From: Deltaproteobacteria bacterium
GTDB lineage: Bacteria; Desulfobacterota; WTBG01; CAIYCZ01; CAIRTM01
DNA: 64,000 nt
Direction of reading: 5' to 3'
Assembly: GCA_024276465.1 (NCBI GenBank)
Contig: JAJRXD010000054.1
Coordinates: 2,931 to 66,930, forward strand
The notes under the pieces were generated by a model. That model did no database searches. It had not been told where the DNA came from and saw only the letters and a program-made list of their open reading frames with translations. Every line of letters starts with the position of its first letter. Position 1 is the stretch's first letter. The position numbers were made by a program, and so were the translations under genes. This document shows, piece by piece, positions 47,786-57,811 of the stretch.

Positions 47786-49732
47786 ATGGAAGAAACGATT
47801 AAAACAAATCAGGAAACAAGTGAGATTCCGGAGCCAATGCCCGCTGAAAGTGATGAGGAAAGCTTTGAGAAATTGTTAGAGGAGAGCCTGTCAAGAAAAA
47901 AGATGCAGATCGAGGAGGTTACCAGGGGAAAGGTTCTTCAGATAACAGGTGACTATGTTGTAGTTGATGTGGGATATAAGTCAGAGGGCCAGATCCCTGT
48001 TCATGAATTTTTAGGCGTTGATAATCAGGTGGTGGTTAAGGAGGGCGATGAAGTTGATGTGTTTATCGAGGGCTGGGAAAATGAAAATGGAATGATGATT
48101 CTTTCAAAAGAAAAAGCTGATAAGATGCGGGTCTGGGATAAGGTGAGTGCAATTTTTGAGGATGATGGAACTATTGAAGGGAAAATAATTACCAGGATTA
48201 AAGGTGGACTCTCCGTAGACATTGGCCTTAAGGCCTTTCTGCCAGGTTCTCAAATTGATCTTCACCCTATCAGGGACCTTGATAAGCTTATAGGGGAAAC
48301 ATTTCAGTTTAAGATTTTGAAACTGAGTAAAAAACGGGGAAACATTGTTCTGTCAAGAAGGGCTATTTTAGAAAAGAACAGAGAAAGCATGAGAGAAGAC
48401 ACCCTGAAAAAGATTAAGGAGGGTGAAACAGTTGAGGGTATTGTTAAGAATATTACTGACTACGGGGTTTTTATAGATTTAGGTGGAGTGGACGGACTTT
48501 TGCATGTAACTGATATTTCATGGGGTCGCATTACTTCACCCGGTGATTTTTTCACGATTGGGCAAAAAACGAATGTAATAATTTTAAATTACGATCAGGA
48601 AAAGCAAAGGGTGGCGCTTGGGTATAAACAGCTGAAAACAAATCCATGGGAAATTGTGGAACAGAAATATCCGGCTGGCACCAAAGTAAACGGGAAAGTG
48701 GTTAATATTACAAACTATGGAGCATTTATTGAATTAGAGGAAGGTGTAGAAGGCCTCATACATGTTTCTGAAATGTCCTGGACAAAGAAAGTTAAACATC
48801 CTTCACAATTGATTTCAATGGGAGACATTATAGAAGCGGTAGTGCTTGACATGGATGTCCCGAGGAAAAGAATTTCCCTTGGCATCAAGCAGCTTGAACC
48901 TAATCCATGGTCTGTAATAGAGGAAAGATACCCGGTAGGAACAGTGGTTGAAGGCAAAATTAAAAACATTACTGATTTCGGAATATTTATCGGCCTGGAT
49001 GAGGGGATTGATGGACTTGTGCATATTTCGGATATTTCCTGGATTCAGAAAATCAAGCATCCAGCTGAGCTTTACAAAAAGGGCGACATGGTGAAAGCCG
49101 TAGTTATCAGCATTGACAAAGAGAATGAACGATTCTCCCTGGGCATTAAACAGCTTGAGACTGATCCATGGGAAGAGGTTCCTGTCAAATACAGGCGGGG
49201 GCAGGTTGTCAAGGGTGTTGTAACAAATGTTACGGATTTTGGTATTTTCCTTGAAATTGAAGAAGGAGTGGAAGGGCTTGTACATGTTTCGGAAATTAAT
49301 GAAGATAAGGTAAAGAGCCTTAAAGACTCTGTCAAAGTAGGTGGAGACCTTGAAGTTCTCATTATCAGCCTTGATAAGCGCAACAGAAAAATCGGCCTCA
49401 GCTTAAGAGAGTTAGCACAGGTGAAGGAAGAGCAGGAGGTTAAGCAATATTTTTCAGATCAGAATGAGCAGTCAACAGCGACTATTGGAGATGTTGTTAA
49501 AGATTTGTCAGCAAATGAATCAGCCACACCACCACCTGCAGGCAGCAAGCCGGCTGAGAATGATTCAGAAGAGAAATCTTCAGATGAGCAGACAACATCT
49601 GCTATTGAAGATGTTGTTGAGGAAGAGAAAACAGAGAAAGCTGATCCGGTCTCATCGAACGATGATGATCCGGCTTCTGAAGAGTCAGGTGACTCTTCTT
49701 TAAAAACTGAAGAATCAGACAGGGAAAATTAG
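47786..49732 (+). CDS. rpsA: 30S ribosomal protein S1 with a long acidic C-terminal extension
   Basis: 648 aa. Six S1 repeats ('GLIHVSEMSW', 'GLVHISDISW' and so on). A tail of about 90 aa rich in E/D/S. Confidence 0.95.
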   Translation: MEETIKTNQETSEIPEPMPAESDEESFEKLLEESLSRKKMQIEEVTRGKVLQITGDYVVVDVGYKSEGQIPVHEFLGVDNQVVVKEGDEVDVFIEGWENENGMMILSKEKADKMRVWDKVSAIFEDDGTIEGKIITRIKGGLSVDIGLKAFLPGSQIDLHPIRDLDKLIGETFQFKILKLSKKRGNIVLSRRAILEKNRESMREDTLKKIKEGETVEGIVKNITDYGVFIDLGGVDGLLHVTDISWGRITSPGDFFTIGQKTNVIILNYDQEKQRVALGYKQLKTNPWEIVEQKYPAGTKVNGKVVNITNYGAFIELEEGVEGLIHVSEMSWTKKVKHPSQLISMGDIIEAVVLDMDVPRKRISLGIKQLEPNPWSVIEERYPVGTVVEGKIKNITDFGIFIGLDEGIDGLVHISDISWIQKIKHPAELYKKGDMVKAVVISIDKENERFSLGIKQLETDPWEEVPVKYRRGQVVKGVVTNVTDFGIFLEIEEGVEGLVHVSEINEDKVKSLKDSVKVGGDLEVLIISLDKRNRKIGLSLRELAQVKEEQEVKQYFSDQNEQSTATIGDVVKDLSANESATPPPAGSKPAENDSEEKSSDEQTTSAIEDVVEEEKTEKADPVSSNDDDPASEESGDSSLKTEESDREN

Positions 49733-49755
49733 ACTGATTAATGCGCATTATCTGG

Positions 49756-49798
49756 AAAAAGGAAGGTGAATTGTCAGTCCCCTTCCTTTTTCTTTTTT
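49756..49798 (+). terminator. Stem-loop plus T-tract after rpsA (terminator or attenuator ahead of sppA)
   Basis: 'aaggaagg' (49759-49766) ... 'ccttcctt' (49781-49788), followed by 'tttcttttttg'. Confidence 0.5.
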
Positions 49799-49813
49799 GA
49801 GGAACTGTATATT

Positions 49814-50701
49814 ATGAGAAAACATCCTTTTTTAACGGGGTTTGGCATTATATTCATTTCAGGCATTTTTTTTATTTTATGCATGATGGGCCTTGCAAGG
49901 ACTGGTTTCCTGGATGATCTGGGTGTAGGCGGTGGAGATAAAATAGTCGTGCTTGATATTGAAGGTGTAATTGTAAAATCAAGACCTGTTATAGAAAAAC
50001 TTATTCAATATAAGAATAGTGAAAGGGTAAAGGCTGTTGTTTTAAGAATAGACTCACCTGGAGGTGGAGTTTGTCCATCACAGGAGATATATGAAGAAGT
50101 CATAAAGTTAAGAGAGAAAAAAATAGTTGTTGTTTCAATGGGCTCTGTTGCAGCCTCCGGTGGTTATTACATAGCATGTGCTGCACATAAAGTGTTTGCA
50201 AATCCAGGTACAATAACAGGCAGCATAGGGGTCATTATTGAGTTTTCAAATGTAGAGGAACTTTTAAACAAGATTGGGATGAAAAGTGTTGTTATAAAAA
50301 GTGGAGAGTATAAAGACATTCTTTCACCAACGCGTAAAATGACAGAGGCTGACAGGATCCTGCTGCAGGGTGTCATTGATAACATCCAGGGGCAGTTTAT
50401 TGATGCTATAGCACTTGGCAGAGAACTTCCACGTGAAAAGGTTGTGGGAATAGCGGATGGGCGATTATTTTCCGGGGAGCAGGCAAAAATGTCAGGCCTG
50501 ATTGATGAACTTGGAAATTTACAGGACGCTATTAAGGCTGCATCTGAAATGGCTGGAATTGAGGGTGAGCCTGATGTTGTCTATCCGGAAAAGAAGCGGC
50601 TATCAATCTGGGAATATTTCATGGAGGCATCCATGTCAAAGATATCGAGTTTTGTATCAGATAATCTTTTTAAGGTCAGTTACAGGCTTAATGTTTTGTA
50701 A
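49814..50701 (+). CDS. sppA: Signal peptide peptidase SppA, 36K type
   Basis: 'RIDSPGGG', 'GSVAASGGYYIA', 'GSIGV', 'KSGEYKD'. Start at ATG 49814, downstream of the hairpin. Confidence 0.9.
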   Translation: MRKHPFLTGFGIIFISGIFFILCMMGLARTGFLDDLGVGGGDKIVVLDIEGVIVKSRPVIEKLIQYKNSERVKAVVLRIDSPGGGVCPSQEIYEEVIKLREKKIVVVSMGSVAASGGYYIACAAHKVFANPGTITGSIGVIIEFSNVEELLNKIGMKSVVIKSGEYKDILSPTRKMTEADRILLQGVIDNIQGQFIDAIALGRELPREKVVGIADGRLFSGEQAKMSGLIDELGNLQDAIKAASEMAGIEGEPDVVYPEKKRLSIWEYFMEASMSKISSFVSDNLFKVSYRLNVL

Positions 50702-50704
50702 ATG

Positions 50705-51115
50705 TCAGCCCGGCTTTGTGAAAATTGGTTTTTCGGGCTGGTTTTTAAGCTTCAGTAAAATTTTATGCATGATTTTACGGACATCCGCATTGCTGCATGC
50801 AGCATCACATTGCTGCAAGTCCTCTAATCTGACACAGTGGCCCTCGCATTCTTTACTTCCGAATTTCAGGTCATCATGCACAGGGCTGTCACACAAGTCC
50901 TCAAAACAGATGACAAACACTGCAAATGTACTGCCACATTGCCTGTCAGGCAAAACATGATTGAACAGAAAAGAACCTTTGCTGTATTTTTCAAAGCTGG
51001 GCATGAATCCAAGCATGACTACTGAAGGATCGTTCAGTAGATCATCTCTTGTTTCCCAGCTGTGATTGCATTTTGGACAAATCTTGAATGAAGGCATATT
51101 AATTATGTCTTGCAA
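50705..51115 (-). CDS. Cys-rich hypothetical protein (N-terminal CPKC zinc-ribbon-like motif)
   Basis: 136 aa, 11 Cys. 'FKICPKCNHSW'. I recognise no family. Confidence 0.5.
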   Translation of the reverse strand: MQDIINMPSFKICPKCNHSWETRDDLLNDPSVVMLGFMPSFEKYSKGSFLFNHVLPDRQCGSTFAVFVICFEDLCDSPVHDDLKFGSKECEGHCVRLEDLQQCDAACSNADVRKIMHKILLKLKNQPEKPIFTKPG

Positions 51116-51123
51116 TCAGGCCC

Positions 51124-51900
51124 TTAGGGGATTGATTCATCAGCTAAAAGATTACCCTTCTCGTCAAATATTTTACCTTTAATCTTTTTTCCATTATCAA
51201 ATGTTACAATGTACCTGATCTTACCATTTTCATGGTATTGCCTGGCCTCCCCGTCCTTTTTGCCGTTTTTGTAGGTTCCCTCATATAATAATATTCCGTT
51301 TTTAAAATACTGTCGTATTTTGCCGTCAGGCACATTGTTTTTAAAGCTGCCTTCTGACTTTAATTGACCGTTTTCGTAGTATAATTTGCTGATACCGTTT
51401 CGCTTGCCATTCACATAATGCCATTCAGACTTGACTTTACCGTTATTGAAGTATTCCTTTGTTGTTCCATCCAGTACACCGTTCACATAATTCCACTCGG
51501 TTTTTAATTTGCCGTTATCATAGTATTCCCTGGTCAGACCATCTAAAATGCCATTTTTATAGTTCCACTCAGTTTTTATTTTACCGTTTATGTCATAAGC
51601 CTTTGTTATACCATAGGGCTTATCATCCTTGAAGTTTTCCTCTTTTATTAAGATTCCGTTTTCGCTGTAATGCTTTGTTACACCATTCAGCTTATCGTTT
51701 TTGTAGTTTATCTCGGTTTTTAATTTGCCGTTTTTGTAATATTCCTTGCTTAAACCATCTAATACATTGTCCCTGTAATTCCATTCTGCCATTAATTCAC
51801 CGCTTGGATAATATTCTTTAGATAATTGATTTATCCCAAAAACAGGTGCTGAAAATAAAAAAACTGTCAAAAAGCATATTAAGCCTCTCTTGATTTTCAT
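51124..51900 (-). CDS. Secreted MORN-variant (MORN_2/YwqK-like) repeat protein
   Basis: Signal peptide. About nine 23-aa repeats 'Y..NGKLK.E.NY.NG.LDG..KEY'. Start at the internal ATG 51900. Confidence 0.8.
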   Translation of the reverse strand: MKIKRGLICFLTVFLFSAPVFGINQLSKEYYPSGELMAEWNYRDNVLDGLSKEYYKNGKLKTEINYKNDKLNGVTKHYSENGILIKEENFKDDKPYGITKAYDINGKIKTEWNYKNGILDGLTREYYDNGKLKTEWNYVNGVLDGTTKEYFNNGKVKSEWHYVNGKRNGISKLYYENGQLKSEGSFKNNVPDGKIRQYFKNGILLYEGTYKNGKKDGEARQYHENGKIRYIVTFDNGKKIKGKIFDEKGNLLADESIP

Positions 51901-52152
51901 AAATGTTTCCTCCATCTTCTGTTGATTTGCTGAAAGCAATTTATCATAAGCATTGAGCTTACAGGATTTGTTTAATCTAAAAACCGGGTCTTCTGGGCCA
52001 GGATCTTTACTGTAATCCTCTATAAGAATACTTTTTCTATGTCAAGTCTGTCAAGAACAAAAGGATATTCATTCTTAACGACTTTTTGCACGTTGCCGGG
52101 CAATGATTCAGCTAAAGAATGTTCAGGATGACAGATGATCAGATTCATTTTG

Positions 52153-52923
52153 TTAAAAAAAATATTTTTTTAAATCCGATTCAACAGAAATCATCTTTTT
52201 TTTATACATTTCAATTTGCTTGTTCAGGTTTGAAAGAGGGTGAGTTAGTTTAAATCCAATAAACATCTGGTGAAACCAGTCTTTTAAGTCAGTGGCAGCT
52301 GATTTGTTATATGATTTTTCCATCACAAGGCAGGAAAGAGGATGGCGAGGTGGAATTACCGGCAGTTTTGAACCTGATTTTCCAAGGACAAGGGTTGTGA
52401 CAGGTAAAACTCCGTCCGGCAGGTTCAACTTTTCTTTAACATATGTAAAATCAAGAAGACCTGTTTTGCCGGTTTCCGAAAGCATTACGCTGTTTATTCC
52501 AAGTGCTTCTGCGGCAATTGTCATGTTCATTGCGGCAAGACCGGCATTAAAGATAGCAAAGGAAAGATTTACAAAAGGGGTGCCATTAAAGCCTGGCAAA
52601 ACATCTTTCAGCCTGTATGTGTCTGCGCAGATTACAACAGCGAAGGATGCTCTGAAAGGGATGGGGCGGCTGAAGACATCATGCCACTGAGTTTTGGTAA
52701 ATGTTATAAAGCTCCATGTTTGCAAATTTACTGTGCTTGGAGCAAATCGGCCGGCTTCAAGTATAACCTGCTGATCTTCGCGGCTGATCTCTTCACTGTT
52801 AAAAGAACGGCAGCTACGGCGATTGAGGATAAGATCAATTGTTTCATTTTGTTGGGCTGCCTTTCCAGCTTTTACGGGTTTAGCTGAAACAAGGGCAATA
52901 AGATTTTTAATGAATCTAAGCAT
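52153..52923 (-). CDS. Nitroreductase-family protein
   Basis: 256 aa. 'NRRSCRSF', 'APSTVNLQTWSF'. Confidence 0.85.
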   Translation of the reverse strand: MLRFIKNLIALVSAKPVKAGKAAQQNETIDLILNRRSCRSFNSEEISREDQQVILEAGRFAPSTVNLQTWSFITFTKTQWHDVFSRPIPFRASFAVVICADTYRLKDVLPGFNGTPFVNLSFAIFNAGLAAMNMTIAAEALGINSVMLSETGKTGLLDFTYVKEKLNLPDGVLPVTTLVLGKSGSKLPVIPPRHPLSCLVMEKSYNKSAATDLKDWFHQMFIGFKLTHPLSNLNKQIEMYKKKMISVESDLKKYFF

Positions 52924-53173
52924 AGTGTCGTGTCACAGATTAAAAAGCTGTAAATTTAACAGTTATCTTTTTCCAAAACATCATAACATTTAGTCAGCAG
53001 CAGAGTCAAGAAACATGGCAGTTATTCAATCTATTTGAAACATATAGAATTTGATTTTAATCTGGATTTTATATATGCTTATTACAATTGTTGGACAACA
53101 GGTTATTACATGTGTAAAATCAGTTTTCACACTGAGGGCTTGATGATCTAAATTACAGGAAAAGGTTTTTATA

Positions 53174-55828
53174 ATGAGCGAGAGTACATTAGAAAAGGTA
53201 TATGACCCACACAAGTTTGAACAGAAGTGGTACAGCCAATGGCTTGAAAAAGGTTATTTTAAAGCAGATATTAACAGAACCGGTGAAGCATACTGTATTG
53301 TCATTCCACCGCCCAATGTAACCGGTTCCCTTCATATGGGACATGCCCTTAACAATATGCTTCAGGATGTACTTATCCGTTACAAAAGGATGAAAGGTTT
53401 TAAAACGCTCTGGCAGTTCGGAATGGATCATGCCGGGATTGCAACACAGAATGTTGTAGAACGTCAGCTTGATTCTGAACAAAAGACCCGGTTTGATCTT
53501 GGCAGGGAGGGGTTTATAGAAAGGGTCTGGGAATGGAAAGAGGAATTTGGCGGTACCATAAAAAAACAGCTTATGAAACTTGGGGTCTCGTGTGACTGGG
53601 ACAGAGAACGTTTCACAATGGATGAAGGCTGTTCAAGAGCTGTGCGTGAGGTGTTTGTAAATCTGTACAGGGAGGGACTGATTTACAGGGGTAATAAGCT
53701 TACAAACTGGTGTCCGAGATGCCACACTGCTCTTTCTGACCTTGAGGTTGAACATGATGAAATTCAGGGCAACCTTTATTACATTAAATACCCTGCCCCT
53801 GACGGAAACAGCTATCTTATTGTTGCAACAACAAGACCTGAGACCATGCTGGGTGATGCTGCCGTAGCTGTCAACCCTGATGACAGCCGTCATCAGGGCT
53901 GGGCTGGTAGAGAGGTGATTTTGCCGCTCATGAAAAGAAGAATTCCTGTAATAGCTGATGAGTATGTTGATATTGAATTTGGAACAGGCGCTCTGAAAAT
54001 AACACCTGCTCATGATCCGAATGATTTTGAGTTGGGGCAAAAGTATAACCTTGAACTTATTAAGGTGATCGGAGAGGACGGGACAATGACCGCTGATGCT
54101 GGTAGTTACACTGGTCTTGACCGTTTTGAGGCCAGAAAACGTGTGGTCGGGGATCTGGAAAAAGAAAGCCTGCTGTTAAAGATCGAACCACATCGCCATG
54201 CTGTTGGCCACTGCTACAGGTGCAGGAATATTGTAGAACCAAACCTTTCTCTGCAATGGTTTGTGGATGTTAAACCTCTTGCAGAAAAAGCGATTGAAGC
54301 AGTTGAAACCGGTAAAACAAGAATTATTCCCAAAAACTGGCAAAAAACCTATTTTGAATGGATGAACAATATACGGGACTGGTGTATTTCAAGGCAGATA
54401 TGGTGGGGGCACAGAATCCCTGCATGGTACTGTAAAGAGTGTGGTGAAATTACCGTAGAAGCTGACATCCCTGAATTATGTTCACACTGCGGGCGATCAG
54501 CGCTTGAACAGGAGAGTGATGTTCTTGATACCTGGTTCAGTTCCGCTCTGTGGCCTTTTTCTACCCTTGGCTGGCCTGAAAAAACAAGTGAATTAAAGCT
54601 GTTTTATCCAACATCGTGTCTCGTTACCGGTTTTGACATTCTTTTTTTCTGGGTAGCCAGGATGATGATGGCTGGAATTAAGTTCATGGGTGATGTTCCC
54701 TTTAAGGATGTGTATATTCACGCATTAGTCAGGGATTCTCAAGGTCAGAAAATGAGCAAGTCAAAGGGCAATGTTGTTGACCCTGTTGAAGTGATAGACA
54801 GATTCGGGGCTGACAGCTTTCGATTTACCCTGATGGCAATGGCTGCACAGGGTAGAGATGTTCGGCTTTCAGAGGACAGGATTGAGGGTTATCGACATTT
54901 TGTTAATAAAATATGGAATGCATCCCGTTTTGTATTGATGAATTTAGATGGTTACGTGGATTGTTGTCCTGACAGGGCAGATTTACAGCTGAAAGACAGA
55001 TGGATCATAAGCAGGCTGAACAGGCTGACTCAGACGGTCCAGGAAAGCATTGATGAATATAAATTCAATGAAACTGCCCATAATCTCTACCAGTTCATAT
55101 GGCATGAATTCTGCGACTGGTATCTTGAAATGGCAAAACCTTTCCTGTATAAGAATAATGATATACAATCACGTGCTGTAACTCAGCATGTTATGGTAAA
55201 GGTGTTAAAGACTGCTGTTGAGCTGCTGCACCCTGTTATGCCTTTTGTAACTGAGGAAATATGGCAAAAATTGCCCGGGAGTGGAGAAAGTATTGTTATT
55301 ACCCCCTTTCCTGAAACTAACCAGCAGGAAATTGACTTTGACGCAGAAACCGGCATGAATTACATTATTCAGGTGGTAACAGGGGTCAGAAATCTCAGGA
55401 GCGAAATGAATATTCTTCCTGCAAGCCGGCCTAATGTTGATCTGCTTTGCCTTGATGAAGAAATTGCCAGCTGTTTAATTACGCATTGTGACATGATTTG
55501 CACGCTTGCCGGACTTGAAACCGTTTCAGTACACCGGGAGTTTTCAGGTTCAAAGACAACAGCAACAGCTGTTGTTGATAAAATTGAAATATTTTTATCC
55601 CTTGAGGGTATTATGGATTTTAAAGAGGAGAAAAAGAGGCTGGAAAAAGAATTGAAAAAAGTTTTAAAGGATATGGAGTTTGTAACCAGAAAGCTTACAA
55701 ATGAAGATTTCTTAAATCGGGCCCCCGAAGCAATTGTCATCAAAGAAAAAGACAAGGCAGCCAGGTTCAGGGAGAAAGAGGGGAAACTGAGACAGAACAT
55801 TGAAAGGATAGAAAAGCTTTGTGCATGA
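53174..55828 (+). CDS. valS: Valine--tRNA ligase
   Basis: 884 aa. 'PPPNVTGSLHMGHA', 'KMSKSKGN', C-terminal coiled coil. Confidence 0.97.
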   Translation: MSESTLEKVYDPHKFEQKWYSQWLEKGYFKADINRTGEAYCIVIPPPNVTGSLHMGHALNNMLQDVLIRYKRMKGFKTLWQFGMDHAGIATQNVVERQLDSEQKTRFDLGREGFIERVWEWKEEFGGTIKKQLMKLGVSCDWDRERFTMDEGCSRAVREVFVNLYREGLIYRGNKLTNWCPRCHTALSDLEVEHDEIQGNLYYIKYPAPDGNSYLIVATTRPETMLGDAAVAVNPDDSRHQGWAGREVILPLMKRRIPVIADEYVDIEFGTGALKITPAHDPNDFELGQKYNLELIKVIGEDGTMTADAGSYTGLDRFEARKRVVGDLEKESLLLKIEPHRHAVGHCYRCRNIVEPNLSLQWFVDVKPLAEKAIEAVETGKTRIIPKNWQKTYFEWMNNIRDWCISRQIWWGHRIPAWYCKECGEITVEADIPELCSHCGRSALEQESDVLDTWFSSALWPFSTLGWPEKTSELKLFYPTSCLVTGFDILFFWVARMMMAGIKFMGDVPFKDVYIHALVRDSQGQKMSKSKGNVVDPVEVIDRFGADSFRFTLMAMAAQGRDVRLSEDRIEGYRHFVNKIWNASRFVLMNLDGYVDCCPDRADLQLKDRWIISRLNRLTQTVQESIDEYKFNETAHNLYQFIWHEFCDWYLEMAKPFLYKNNDIQSRAVTQHVMVKVLKTAVELLHPVMPFVTEEIWQKLPGSGESIVITPFPETNQQEIDFDAETGMNYIIQVVTGVRNLRSEMNILPASRPNVDLLCLDEEIASCLITHCDMICTLAGLETVSVHREFSGSKTTATAVVDKIEIFLSLEGIMDFKEEKKRLEKELKKVLKDMEFVTRKLTNEDFLNRAPEAIVIKEKDKAARFREKEGKLRQNIERIEKLCA

Positions 55829-56682
55829 TCAGGAAAAGCTGCATTTGCCCTGCAGTTGACGAAATTGTAAAAATTGCTCTTATTGAGGATATTGGCAGTG
55901 GTGACATAACAACGTCATATCTCGTGGACCCACTGTTGCGCGGGCATTCAAAAGTTATGGCAGGGGAAATGCTGGTTGTTGCAGGCATCACCCCGTTTGT
56001 TAAAGCCTTTCAGTTCCTGAGTTCTGAGATAGAGTTTGTGTTTCTTGAAAATGAGGGTACTGTTATCCAGAAGGGTGAGGCAATTGCTGAATTAAAGGGG
56101 CCGTATAACACGCTGCTTTCCGGTGAGCGCACAGCGTTAAATTTTCTTCAGCGCCTGTCAGGTATTGCCACGTTGACCCACTGTTTCCTGCAAAAAATAA
56201 AAAAGTATAAATCAGTACTGCTTGACACAAGGAAGACAACTCCAGGATGGAGAGTTATGGAAAAGGAAGCGGTTCGTCTGGGAGGAGGCACTAACCACCG
56301 TATGGGTCTTTTTGATGCTGTGCTGATCAAAGAAAATCATATTGCCGCATGTGCCGGCAGTGTCAGGGCTGCTGTTGAAAAAGCAAAAAGAACCAGGAGT
56401 CCCCTTGTTAACGTTGAGGTAGAGGTCAGGGGCATTGAAGAGTTGAGGGAAGTAATAGATTTAAAACCTGATATGGTGATGCTTGATAATATGACCATTG
56501 AAGAGATCAGACAGGCTGTAAAAATTGTCAGCGGGAGGGTCCCCCTTGAGGTCTCAGGGAATATAACGATTGAATCCATCGAAGAGGTTGCCTCTACGGG
56601 TGTTGAGTATATTTCAGCAGGCGCTCTTACTCATTCATCCAGGGCTGTTGATATAAGCATGATCACAGAACCTGAAAAATAA
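55825..56682 (+). CDS. nadC: Nicotinate-nucleotide diphosphorylase (carboxylating)
   Basis: 'GERTALNFLQRLSGIAT', 'DTRKTTPG', 'GGGTNHR', 'MLDNM'. ATGA overlap with the valS stop. Confidence 0.93.
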   Translation: MIRKSCICPAVDEIVKIALIEDIGSGDITTSYLVDPLLRGHSKVMAGEMLVVAGITPFVKAFQFLSSEIEFVFLENEGTVIQKGEAIAELKGPYNTLLSGERTALNFLQRLSGIATLTHCFLQKIKKYKSVLLDTRKTTPGWRVMEKEAVRLGGGTNHRMGLFDAVLIKENHIAACAGSVRAAVEKAKRTRSPLVNVEVEVRGIEELREVIDLKPDMVMLDNMTIEEIRQAVKIVSGRVPLEVSGNITIESIEEVASTGVEYISAGALTHSSRAVDISMITEPEK

Positions 56683-56739
56683 CTGTTCAGGTTATATTTG
56701 GCGGCACAGCAGAGTATGCAGACCGCAGGAAAGATTATT

Positions 56740-57522
56740 ATGATTTTAGCAATAGATGTTGGAAACACACATATTGTAATAGGGGTATTTGAGGGAGAGA
56801 AGCTTATCGTTGACTGGAGGGTCATGACAGAGCAGTACCGGACGACTGACGAGTATGGAATTATCATGCAGAGTCTTTTTCAGTCAAATAATATTTCCTT
56901 TGACTCAATAAAGGACATTGTTATATCCTGCGTTGTACCCCCCATGGTGACAACCCTGGAACATCTCTGTAGAAAAAAATTTGGAAAAGACCCGTTGTTT
57001 ATCGGTCCTGAAATTGATATGGGAATGAAAATATGCTATGAAAACCCAATGGAGGTTGGCGCTGACAGAATTGTCAATTCAGTTGCAGCGTTTGAGAAGT
57101 ACAGAAGAAGCCTGATTGTAATAGATTTTGGCACTGCAACAACATTTGACTATATTAATCCAGGAGGTGAGTATATCGGTGGTGCAATTGCTCCTGGTAT
57201 TATCATATCAGCTGAGGCTCTTTTTCAAAAGGCTTCAAAGCTTCCCAGGGTTGATTTTGTCTGTCCTGACCATCTCGTTGCACGAAACACTATAGAAAGC
57301 ATGCAGGCAGGCATTGTTTACGGGTATGTCAGTATGGTTGAAGGTATTGTTGAAAAAATGAAAGATGAGGTTAAAACAGAGACTTTTGTGCTGGCAACCG
57401 GCGGACTTGCTTCAGTTGTTGCCTTGCATGCAAAGGCAATAGATGAAGTTGATGAATATTTAACTTTAAAAGGGCTGAAAATTATCCTTGACAGGAACCG
57501 GGAGGTCACATGTTTATCATAG
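56740..57522 (+). CDS. coaX: Type III pantothenate kinase
   Basis: 'MILAIDVGNTH', 'VGADR', 'IDFGTATTFD', 'ATGG'. Confidence 0.93.
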   Translation: MILAIDVGNTHIVIGVFEGEKLIVDWRVMTEQYRTTDEYGIIMQSLFQSNNISFDSIKDIVISCVVPPMVTTLEHLCRKKFGKDPLFIGPEIDMGMKICYENPMEVGADRIVNSVAAFEKYRRSLIVIDFGTATTFDYINPGGEYIGGAIAPGIIISAEALFQKASKLPRVDFVCPDHLVARNTIESMQAGIVYGYVSMVEGIVEKMKDEVKTETFVLATGGLASVVALHAKAIDEVDEYLTLKGLKIILDRNREVTCLS

Positions 57523-57809
57523 CCAATTTATTAACTGCAATAGCAATAATACTTCATTATGTCTTAAATATATATATGTGGGTTATTGTTGCCAGGGCAA
57601 TACTTTCCTGGGTTAATCCGGATCCGTATAACCCCATAGTCAAATTCCTGTATCAGGTAACAGAGCCCGTGCTGTATCAGATTCGCAGGACCATACCACT
57701 TCCGGTTACAGGTATTGATTTTTCGCCCATAATAGTGTTTGTTATAATAATTTTTCTGGATAATTTTGTTGTTAAGACAATACAGGAAATAGCATTGAGG
57801 CTGAGTTAA
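57510..57809 (+). CDS. yggT: YggT-family membrane protein
   Basis: 99 aa. 'ARAILSWV', 'P....R...P...GIDFSPI'. Confidence 0.85.
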   Translation: MFIIANLLTAIAIILHYVLNIYMWVIVARAILSWVNPDPYNPIVKFLYQVTEPVLYQIRRTIPLPVTGIDFSPIIVFVIIIFLDNFVVKTIQEIALRLS

Positions 57810-57811
57810 CT

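Noticed and set aside
51124-51900. Reading the MORN/YwqK-like protein as an antitoxin of a toxin-antitoxin pair
   Set aside because: The protein has a signal peptide, and no toxin-like partner is adjacent. The annotation habit is not supported by the sequence here.
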